Source of the DNA: Sphacelaria rigidula
Lineage: Eukaryota
Assembly (NCBI GenBank): GCA_964200075.2
Contig: CAXNAA020000020.1
Coordinates: 1-35,896 of the forward strand
Length of the DNA stretch: 35,896 nt
Direction of reading: 5' to 3'
In this document: one piece after another, positions 9,732 through 21,700 of the stretch
Numbering within the stretch: position 1 is the first letter of the stretch
Layout of the letters: each line of letters begins with the position of its first letter
The notes under the pieces: model-generated
What the model was told of the DNA's origin: nothing
The model's input: only the letters and a program-made list of their open reading frames with translations
Databases searched by the model: none
Translations under genes and position numbers: made by a program

Positions 9732-12700
9732 TCAACCCTCTGTGTGAAGAATCATCCATGAAATTGTCATGTTTGAAGCGGGATCTTCGACCCGGACTCC
9801 CTGTTGCGCTGTAGGTGGTGACTGTGTCTTTGCCTCGGCGCTTGATGCCAGCGCAGCGAATTGACGACGCAATTCCTTGATCGCGAGATCATGGATCGAG
9901 TCAGCGAGACGCTTGGACCGCTGGGCTCGATACAACTCCTGTTTGATTCAGGTACATTGAAAAGCGAGGAGTGAAATGTCGTTGTGTAACTGTGTGCGGT
10001 CGAAGGGGTTACGCCACGTGACGGTTGTAATGACAGTTAATGTTCCCAACAAGTCAGACTTTCAACTCCATCACACAGTCAACCCTTTGATTGTCTCTCC
10101 CAAATGTCCCTAAGTTTTTTCCGCTGACATTCCCTACAGCTTTTGGGGATGGTATTTTGTAGCCGTAGATGGATCCCAGGTGCGAATGGGGGGGGGGGAG
10201 CACGAGTTACAGTTCTAAGAAACAAAACCATGTGTTTTACTAGTCTACACATAAAGTTTGAGCCCATAGGCGTGCAGCAAGCAGCCTTGTGACATGCATG
10301 ATTCAGGGGATGGTTGTGCGTTTCTGCCCCCATGTCCATGATTCGGCAGTGTGCTGAAATATTCGTCATGTATGATTACATGAGCTGATAACACGATCAC
10401 CGCTACTGCCTTTGTTGTACTGTGACGGTCAATTTGCTGGTGGTTTTGGCCTAAAAGACAAATGTCTATGCGACGCGGTACACGCGTACTAACACACCAT
10501 CAGAAACTGTTCCGGACTCTCACAGAGCCCGTCCAACCGGCATCTAACCCGCGTCCTGGGCGCCAAAGGAATCAACGTCTGATAACCTCCCCTTTGACCC
10601 GAAATGAGGCAATTTCCGCCAGTTTCGGCTCCAAAATCCGACGGTGGAAATTACTCTTGTGTTTACGAAACGCTAAAGCTAAACCAAACTCGAAACTCAA
10701 GCCGACACAGATCTGGAACCCTTAGATGTGCAGAGGGTGCCCTTGGCTGAGGGTGCGTTGGCAGAGCTCAAATGGGCTCCGATTTGAGCCAAAATACGTA
10801 CTGTGCACGGCGGGCACGTTGGTGAAGCGGACATTTGACCATTAAACTCGTGAGAGTCGCTCATCGCTCACTGGTTCAATGGTCAAATGTCCGCCTCTTG
10901 AACAGGGCAAAGCCCTTGGTCTGTCAGTCTCTACTACAGATAAAAATGATTATTCCACACTGAAGCCAACAACGTTCCAACCATCGGATTCTGGAGTCGA
11001 ACGGGGGGAAACTCTACTCCCTGAGAGTATCGTTCGACAAAGCAAATCAGACCATTCGGCACCAAGACTTACCATGTCATGCGCGTAAATTACTCGTGTA
11101 CTGGAAGAAAGCGGCGGTGCGTTTTCTATTGTGTATTTTTGCATTCGCGATTGCCACGTACACTCACCACTGACTCGTCGAATCCTGCACTGCGGAATGG
11201 AGAGCAGCGAAGGAATACTTTGGCAAGACGAGACGGCTCAGCCGCGGCAAGTTCGGCAGGAGTGCGGTACCCCGCCTCGAACAGGGCTCTTGCATGAAAA
11301 GGCTTGAGGTCACGGCTGAGACGTACCAGCGGTAGCAGCTCGGGTTTCGCGCTGTAACCAAGACGATCCTGAATCAAATTGCATGGGGAAACAGAAAAGA
11401 AACGACGGAATCAACCTGGATAGCCGCTTCCCTTGAACAATTGCTTTTACGCATGGCTTGTAGAGAGTCGTGTTCCGACAGGAAACAAAGTTGAATGCTA
11501 CTGATCTGCTGTGTAGTGTTGGAAATTACCGAGATCTAGGTGTGCCTTCACGACACACCGAGGGGTTGGTCGATAGTGCTACAAAGTGTGAGGAGCGAAG
11601 CAAGAGCAATGCAGCCGTCATTCTGAGAGCAAGGATCGCCTGGTGATGGGTCCCGTTGGATGCATGGAACACAGGCGTTCTAGGCGTTCCCATTTCAAGA
11701 AGAAAATCGAACGTGCTTCCTTCAGGGTACAAACGCTGGGGGTAGGTACGGTATTGACGGCAGAAAGTACTGAGTAATCCGCGTACCCCGGGAACCATCT
11801 GCAGAAAGTACCGAATTTCCCAGAGTAACTCGGGTACCCTCTCCCCGACTACCCGGTGTGATGACTTGATTCATGAATACGAGTTCTGAGTCATCTGGCG
11901 AACTCACTGTAGCAACCAAAGAAAGTATCGCGTACCCTAGCGTAGACCGGGTACTCGCCCTCCGGAATACTCGGGGTGGTACCCAATGACTGGGTACACT
12001 TACTGAGTAGCCCGAGTACCCAGGGTAGCGTTTGAAGAAAATACTCAGTATTCTAGGGTACCAAGAGTATCAGCATCCCAAAATGTTCTACTCTATACAT
12101 AATTGTAGCCTTTGTTTGAAATAATACATTGCGTGTAAATGTGATGGAGAACACAGCATGTTGAGGAACAAGCCGCCACGCTGTGCACTTCGGACACCCA
12201 AACAAGCAACCACACAGCTGTAAGTATGGTTGGCATGTGATTTTACGGCATGGTAGATTTTACCTGGAAAGAGAACAGCACGTTGCCCAACTCGTGCCAC
12301 TGCAGGTGCCTGCGTCATTCGAAGACAGGGGGAAACAAAACAACGGGTGTTTCGTGAGCATTTCTGGAAGCTGCGCACCCATGAACAATTCCCCACCACC
12401 TCTGGTATTCCCTGAAAAGGCAGCACGATATCAGCAGCTAGCGCAAAAACATCGGACAGGAGTGAGACCATTACTGTCCTGGTGGGTCCGGATGGAATGA
12501 CAACCAAGTTATTTTGTTGTCATCTGGGGGCGTTCAATACAAATTATCCCTGTCTTCTCACCATTGTTGAAGACAACTCGCCTTGCAAAGCAGACGACCA
12601 TTCCGCAAAACATACTGGCATCCTTCTGCAAGCTTTGCAAAGCACCACGAGCAATGCCGAGCTTAGACGCCATATTTTGAAGCGGGACCTCTTCCACAAC

Positions 12701-15700
12701 CTGAAAGCACGGGGCAGACGGTTGCCAGCATGTAACAAAGGTGGGCCACACTTGGATGTACACTCTGCATTACGAGCCAATACTCGCAGGCTGTGTTCTC
12801 GATTTCTTGTATGTGTCGTACCCATGACGGGATTGGAAAAAGCCTCTGGAACGCGTAGTCAACGGCGGCTGCTTCAACTGGGTCGCATCTTCGAATCAAT
12901 ATGATTCATTTTTTTTTTACTTTCTCAGAAGGATGTAGCGGTGTGCATGCAGCGAATGCAACGGCCACTCGGGGTTTTATGTGTACACCCGGTGCTCAAT
13001 ATCGAGCGACAATATCTGCACTTTGACGAAACCCATGCGCTGTAGGGTAACGAAAAACATTTTTGCAGCAGTTGCTCCGCTTTCGTCGAGCACGGCAGGG
13101 TCTTTTTTTTCGCCACAGTGGCGAGCCGCAGCAATATTGGACAGTGACCATCACGTCACCACGCGCATTGCGGACAGCGACTGTGATTGAACGCCCTCCC
13201 TTCAGCGCAACACGCTGTAGTACCTGCTGAAGCACCAGCGCCGCGAAAAACCTTCTATAGGGCAGCAAATCCACGTGCCGTCCAGGGCCGGAGCGAAGTT
13301 CGTACATTCTGGCGCCGTACGCTGGTCTGTGACGTGTAGCGCCAACAAGGACGCTCGCCTCGATGCCAACCTAGATGCAAAAATATAACGAAACCATGCC
13401 AACCCACGGACACAGATTGGACGAAAGTCACAAAGATCACTAGTAATAGTCTATGCGATGACAGGTGACCAAGGTTACTACATGTGTGTGCTATTAAGGA
13501 CGGTGAGGTGCGGAACAGAGTTCTACCGGGGGGAGGGTATCATCACGTGTGATAGTGGGAGTCGCTGCCAACTTGAAAAGGTTGTATCTTTTCATCAAAA
13601 CATACTTTAGTCGAGCGCAACGGACACATCAACAAAACGATACGACGTGAAAAGCATCTTGTCTCTGTATCCTGAATGATGGCTGTCTATTTTCCGCAAT
13701 CAATATTTCCGGTGACCGCCTGTGACTCGCCTTTTCAGTGCTTCCGATTCCACGTCATGCTCAGAACGCAAGAGCCTACGAGCAGTGTCTCGGCGATGCA
13801 ACACCAGTGCTACGCGGACATATTTAGGGAGAAAGCGATAAAATCATTCAAACAAGAGGGGACGGAAGAGTGGCACTTACAGCGTTCGCCACAATTTTAG
13901 CCGGATGGTCGTCATCCCAGCTCGTGAACACTTCCCACAGCATGGCCCAGTCAAGTTCGATCCCCACGTCGACCGGGCACAGCAAGAAAAGAGCGTGGAG
14001 GTTCGTGCTAGTCACGAAACGCCTGCGGGCCCTGTCGAAGCTACGGTAAACATCCAAGGCAGCTGAAGGAGACAAACCCGAAAAGAACGTCGCCTGCGAC
14101 ACGCAACACAAGTCGCGAGGCAAATGAAGCGGAAAATAGATAATTCATGAGAGGTATTTCGTTCAAAAAACTCTTCTGCAAGGCGACGCTAAGCGTGGGT
14201 GTGGAGTACATATGGTTCCGTTACGAATACCTCAAATGGCTTTTCATGAGAGTTATCGACCACTTCGGCATAGTTTTCTAAACTCTACTTTTTACATAGG
14301 CTAGCTGACTCGACCCACCGTATCCAGAATCCCGACCGCAACGAAGCCAGACAGGGAAGCCCTAGAGCAACCGGAGGATCGCTGTTCCTCCTGGGCTGGT
14401 CGAGCGCAGTGTGGTATGCTCTGGTAGACAGGGCGTTCTGTCAGCTACGTTGCACAGAGCGCCCGCGTGTGCTGTGGGATTCGATAAAAAACTACCGCCA
14501 GCACCACAGGATGTGGGACACACTGCTGTTGACAAGAGGTCTGCATTGAAGGTAGTATGTTAGCTACAGCGCATATTAGAGGGTTGTCCTCCCTGGGAAT
14601 GTGACTTGAAGAGTACTATAACCTTCGTACCGCGATTTTTGTTGATATTCCGCATACCTTTCCGAGCTGCGTGTGAGACAAAACCACGCTGTTGCTTTCC
14701 TCCCCTCCTCGACCGGCAGAACCTCCACTGCCAACGATGAAGGATTTTTTCAGAAGAAAGTCCATGGCCGCATCAAATGCCGGTGCCACACGGGTTTCCT
14801 CCTCTTGTGCAGCCAAGAGGGTGTGCGACACAAACCTGCAAGCGTACACACGCACAATACAGCAAAAGATTAATGACCCAGCAGGAGATACCCGTACCGT
14901 TTCATCACATGGCAGCCCAAAGCTTCCATACAAACAAAAGCTAGCGTGCCTTTTTTGAAGCATGCTTGTAATGTGCCCACAAGCAAATCGTCACATCCCC
15001 AGCGAAGCTCAACACAAGGGCCCTTAACCGATTCCAACAGAGGGGCGAAGAGTAGTCACCTTCGGATGCATTCGGTACAAACAACACAGGCGCAACAACG
15101 CACGGCCTTCACCTTCTCGCGTCGGCCCTAGTGGTGACGACTTTGCTAACGACTGCCTCTAACAAGGCGCGCTCCAATCCACCTCCCGTAGCCTCCAGTA
15201 AGGCGGACTTCAGCGGCGGGAGGGGGGCGGTGATGAGGTTGATCGCCGTAGCAAGATCTTCCGTTGGCTTTTGCACCCGCAATAAGGATTACAGTACACG
15301 AGGGAGCCGAGCCAGCGATAAAAATATGGCATCGAGTGTCAAGACAGTAACTTCCAGCGTAATTTTAGGAGGGCACGGGGCAAGCGCTCACTCTCAGAAG
15401 ATCAAACGATGGAACGTCCGACATCGTGTCTGCGACCTGAGGAAGACCTTTTGTGACGCTGCTCATATTTTTACAATGACGTGCAGTGAAGTAAGCGCCC
15501 CCGGGGCAGAGACTACTACAGTTTATCGCACTCCTTGACGAAGCACGTAACCTTCCATCACCGCGTCCAACACATTGCACACAGTCGCCTAGGAGCAATT
15601 TTGACACACGATGGGTCAGGCGGTGAAAGGTAATCGGTCGGCGGAGACAACGCACCGGGATGATGAGAAAACTCTCTCCTGCTCCAGGGTCGACACGCTC

Positions 15701-18700
15701 CCCAGAAGGCGTGCTCTCTTCCTTCCGCGACACCCCGACACGCCCGCAACGTCCGGCCATCTGGTGGTACCTACACTCCGGGCAGGAGGAACAGTTGTTC
15801 AACGCCGTCAAATCAACACGACAAGTACAGCTAGCTCCCTGCCGTGCGTGACCATGCTCAAGACTCATTGTAAGCCGCAGGTTTCATGGGGACCAAGCGC
15901 AATCGGATAGCAAGGCAAACGAACACGGTCGGCGAGTGCTCTTGAATTCCGTGCTGATGGCAGTGTTGGACTTGAGCAGTGTACAAACATGATCGTCGCT
16001 GTTGCCTGCATGCACTCAGAATACCTCTTGAAGCAGCCAACATGGTGCACGAGGTGCAACACAGCAGCGGATGGTCCACACACCTCGTTGAGTCCAGAAT
16101 TTCCTTGCCGAGGCGCAGCGAGCGAATGATGACGCGATGCGCTGGAAGATTGACCCCGGCAGCCAGAGTAGAAGTCGCAACCAACACTCTGCAGCCCCGG
16201 CAGTCAGATGGAAAAGCATGCCAAGCCGGTAACGACGGTGCGAGAAACAACAACGAACAGTGGACAAAGGCCAAGTTAATAAGCTGGCCAGTGTACACCG
16301 ACGTGTCACGCGTTCGAAACACAGGAAAATGTGCGAACTAGGCCCGACAACATAATGAAATCCGTATTCTGATAGCCAAGCCTACAGGCACATGGGCGAC
16401 CAAGGTTAACCTTGGAGGTGCCACTGTACTTCGCACTCTAACCGTGTGTGGGAACTGCTCTTTCACCTGATGGACCCGTGTCGAAACCCGTCTTCCACAA
16501 CGGTGCGCTCCTCGGTGACCAGCCCTGTATGATGAATCGCCACGCCCTTCTTCACCTGTTCGCACATAACAATACATTATGACTACGTCAATAATCTCAA
16601 CAATGGAATACTCCAAGCCAGACGACACAAGTCCAAGGCCTATACAAAAAATCGACACGCACCACTGGAAAAGGCAAATTACGAACGGGAAACATGGACG
16701 CAATGCTCTCAACGGCGATAGAGCTAGTCCACAACCACAATCAATTTCACGTACTTATCATACGGCACAGTTTTTCATCTCCACAAGAGTATGCAACGCA
16801 CCAGATCAGCAAGGAACGGATCCAATCCCACCGGGGTCTCTCGCAGCTTGTCTATAACAGTCGCCCTAGCACTTCCATCATCGGTGACATAATGTGTCAG
16901 CAGCTCCACTAGCAGCTTCGCGAGGTCTCGACAGTGCTTCTTGGTGGGGCAGAACACGAGTACTGACAGGCCTTTCTTCTGGGCATCCTGCGAGAGAGTT
17001 CGTAACAATTCGATGAGATAATTTCTAGTGAGCACGCTAGGCGCACGCACGGGAGAATCCCTTATCATGAAGCAGCACGAAAAGAGAGCAATTTGAACTT
17101 GATAAGAAACAGCATCGTGGTAGCAAGCCGTGACACACTTAAACAGGCCTACGCTCCATCATTCTGCTGACATGTCGTCCTACAACCGTTCATGATAAGC
17201 AACGAATGTAAAAATATTTAATCGTGGGGATTTGAACAGCTGCTCGGATGTACCTCGATGAGGGCCACCACCCCGTCGGGGTCTTTGTGTCTTTTTTTTG
17301 CCCTGATCGACTCGACTCCGCCCATCTGTGAAGACATCAAATGCGCAACGACGCGACGGGAGAGCAGAGGCAGGGTGTGAGCGTCACATGGTGAACGTCC
17401 ATATAGTTAGCGTGCCTGGCCAAGATACAGTCCGTGGGTTGCCGTTAGAAATGTCAGACAGAAAAAGACGCGGGGTGGAGAGCTCGAGACGTGTATCACT
17501 TGTAGATGTTAGTGCACATGCGACGGGCGACTCGATCGATTGATTGACTCATCGACTGTCGCACATGGATTCGCCTACTTGCCTATCCACTACAGATCCA
17601 GCCTCGTCACAAGATAGATGTACTCCAGGTATAACACTCGCGAAGAAACTCGGGCAAAAGGGGAACATCGAAAAATAAATAAATAAACGAAGGGAGAAAA
17701 TAACCGGGGTAAACAGATGTAGACGCCAGTTCAAGAACTACTGTAGTCACCATCCCGACAGGCCCCTGTCAGTGCTTCGCGTATGGAGTCGTATGAATAG
17801 CAAGGCCGTTCAAGCAGGCTGCGAATCGGCAATGTAGAGACCGCAGCAGTAGGCGAAAACTCTCAGCTGTCAACTCTTCGGAAAGGGACATACCAAGCAG
17901 AACACAAGCCACACTGCTTCTACAACAAACTCACCTTCACCAGCCCATGTCGCTCCCCTTCCGCTGTGTCTAATCCGAAAATCTTGCCCTTGCAGCACAC
18001 TCTGTGATGTAGTTTGACCGGGCGATACTCAGTTTCGTACAGTGAAGCGCCCAGCCACTTCGCCACATCACATGCATTTGGAAGCGTGGCACTTAGTCCA
18101 ACCAGCTGTCATGAGAGTTGGGTATCGGCAACAAAGGAGCGTAATGTGATGGACATATTTCGCACTCTACCAACAATTGTGGGGATGCATCGCCTTCAAT
18201 AGCTGGTCTCCACACGCATGCACATACACCATCCATGGGTCTTTTTGTTATTTCAGCAAAATTATACTTAGGAGTATCTTTTCTCCGGCTGGCGGTGAAG
18301 AATTGTGACAGATTTGTTCTCCGCAGTATTGTTACGTATGCGCCGCTACGGTACCTCCACATCGTACTTTCAAGATAGACTTTGCTCCTTCAATGGTACG
18401 GTTTCATTTTACTCAATATTCCACGAAGACCTTTGACCAACCACACCCTGTGAACAGGGCAGGTATGTACGCCCAGGTGGGGGGCATTCTTCCACAGATG
18501 CAAATCTCTCCTAGTGGGGTATTAGTTTTCTACCAAACATCCGAACCACACTTCAGCCACATGTATTCAGCGCAGGCCACTTCTCATGAAAATATGATAT
18601 TTGCAGCAAAGCGAGGTGTATTGGTCATACCGCCGCGCCCCGGTGGTCTGAATAAAAATGATATCATGATACAATTGCCATCGTTAGGGCGGGAACGAGG

Positions 18701-21700
18701 CGATCTCCATTGCCGCCAGATGGGTCTAGTTTGACTCTTTTTCTTGGAAATATCTGATTTCCGTCGCCGAATGCGGGAGACATGAGACTGCGACTAACCA
18801 AAGGAAAAAATTATGTTCAGCCGAGCTTGTTAGACGCTAGTCGACGCGGTGCGGGAGTGCTGGTCATGATCCAATCCGCGATACCGAAATGCAAGGGGAT
18901 GTGACCGAGGAGCGGTCGGTTGAGCCCTTGAGACCACGGACTCGTCTCGAGGAAGGGAGGGGAGGAATTACAAGTGAGAGGAAGAAATAGGTTCATCAAA
19001 ACGCAAGTGTCTCCCAAATATGCTTTCCCATGACTCGAGAGGATTCGCCTACTGATAGACTTGCCCTGTTGGTAGCGCACCAGTACGACCAGTCTTTCAA
19101 GTCTCGTGATCACCAAGCACCCCTTCAAATTACAATCTTGAAGAATCCGTCGCTGACGGCTGAAAGTGGGTGTACACCGCCAAGTGTGACCCGAGTACAT
19201 GTTGGACACACTTTGGAATAGTGGAGGCATCCCCTGGCTCTCTATACGCAAATACGTGCTGTTACACATGCTGCATGCCCAATCTTGGGTAACTTTTGCA
19301 ACACCCTTAAAAAACAAACATGGGGCAGGTGGATAGGGCGAAAATGCAAATCCCTACGGAACATTAGAGTGTCGTGCAGTACGTTCGCACAGCCACCCCA
19401 ATTTTCGATGCGTTTCACAGAGGCTGGCTCACCACAGAAACTGTCTGGCTCGCCACAGAACTGACCGGCTCCTCATGTCGCCGTTCCGAACATACCTCAA
19501 TACTCTTGTCGGCCGACCCCCCACCGCATCATCTGGCAATCAACCTTTAACATACATGCTACGATGGGAAACAGGATATCATGCAGTAGGTGATTCTACT
19601 TTGCTCTTCCACACTCGTCATCCCGAAATAAATTATGACTCAGGTATGACCTCTATTTCATCGCTTAATCCCACTCCCACTACTCAAAAGTATCCTCGGT
19701 TGGGATGTGTTTCGCTGTCACGTGCTTCACAAATTTCTCGGCCTGCTTTATTTCAGCCATTGCTCTCTATTGTGGTGAACAAGTCTGGTGTCGAATTCAC
19801 GACTTCATCATTATGCGATGGGCGACTCAATAGACGACGTCATTGTAAAGTGGGGACGTGTTGTCCTCTATGGACATGCACTTCCCCCGTCTACATGCTG
19901 TATCCACAGCACGCATTCCAGTAGCATGGCATGGTGCCTCGAGTCTTGGACACACCGTTTGTCCCTTGATTCCGGGGTGAGCTACACACGTGAAAGAGTA
20001 CACACAGGGTACGGGAGTTCATCCACTTCCGAGGATAAAGGGGCATTGTGTCTCAAAACAAGAAAGGCATGGCAGGTTAGGCTTCACCGGTCGTGATGTG
20101 CGTACCTTACATCGATGTAGGTGACATGTATAGAACGCAAAATCTACCTTCATGCTATGAAGAATGAACTACATGCTTGCTCCGCCGCACCGATCTCTGA
20201 ACACAAAGCAATGGTTGGTGCGAGTGCGGGATATCTAAGCACTCCTAGTGAGGAGGGAGGAAAAGTCGAGGCAAGAGGACCATGGGTGCACGAGGAGAAC
20301 CCCACCTGTATAGTAGGGCACACCATACGCAGCTTCGTCAACATGCCTTCAATCAAGTAACCTCTGTTTCTGTCGCCGATGAGGTGCATCTCGTCTACCA
20401 CCACGATAGACAACACCTGCGGTTGAAACGGAGTTCGCGCAACGGAGCATTCTCATGATACAATGTACGCGGGCTTTACCTACAGTGATGGTGCAATGTG
20501 GAGACAAAAATCACGCGTGCACCAATTCTTGAAATGTGCTTCTGTGTGTCACAACCTCAGTTCAACACTATGTGGCATATGAAGTACTTCCTCGGCGTAT
20601 TCTACACTTAAAACCTGTTTCCGCATGAAGTCTTCTGATTGCTACTAAATTCCATACGTCGGCCAGAAAATTTACTACAATAGAGATGAGGGTTATACCA
20701 TGATTTAACGAAAAAGCGCCGAGTGGTGGCGCGCAATAAACACGCCAACACGGTACGTTCTAACGCAGCCATGGTCGTTAATAAAAGGGCGTGTTAACTT
20801 TCCTTCATCTCGCCCTGCAGGTGAGAAAACTATTCATAACCTTACCCTTCCTTATGATGCTGCAAGCCAGAGCATGCATGAGGTTTCCTGGAAAGTACCA
20901 AGCTCAGTATGTCTCACCTGCGACCGTTTCTCTTCGCTGAATCTGTTCACGATGGAGTTGGCCTTTTCTATGGTGCAAACAGCCACCTGCAACAGGACAC
21001 GGGATGTTCACGCCTATCAGCTTGTTGTGATGGATCGACAACTTGTTGCTCTACCGCACCGATGCACGCCGGCCGCAGGAATATAATGCGCTCAACCTAC
21101 AACATCTCGACACTTACGTGGACACCTTCCGTGGCGCTGCTGTCTCCTCCATCCGACCCATGTAAAGCCTGGATATTTAACTGCAGAACAGTAAAAATTG
21201 GCAGAGTTCACCACCGACACACGTGTGCAACCGAAGGTAGGACATGAGCGATGCATCACACTCGACACTAGCATCCGTTGAAACGTGTCACTAGAAGTAA
21301 TCAACGCGGTGAACGGTATCACTACTCTGCTTTCATAGCTTGTAGCTCTTAGATATCCCAGTCCCGTTTGTTAGTCGTGTTCAGAGTCGAGTCTCACATC
21401 TAATGGGCTCCAGACTTCGGCCAGGTAGTTGCGTTTCTCGATGGCCAGAGCAATAAACGGCACTGGACACCACATAAAAAAGCGATGAGGGGGCAGTGGG
21501 AACATACCAGAGGGTGAGTTGGTGCGACCCATACCAGCCACTTGGAATATAGCGTCACGAAAGACGTAGTTAGTTCCGGCAGACGATTTTCACCTCAAAA
21601 TATCGGGTACAGTGTTGTTCCTCTTTAATATTATGGAGGCATTTTACAGCGATTATAATTAATGATCCGCGGTGTTCATTGGAGACGGTCATGCTCCAAG

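Noticed and set aside
12330..12411. Alternative helicase exon after the acceptor-like CCTTTTCAG
   Set aside because: No frame resembles the family consensus. Exon 12264-12309 fits exactly.
20653..20662. CATACGTCGG as the partner terminal repeat of CCGACGTATG at 118-127
   Set aside because: A 10-bp inverted match 20 kb apart is expected by chance, and the two sites would bracket most of a host gene.
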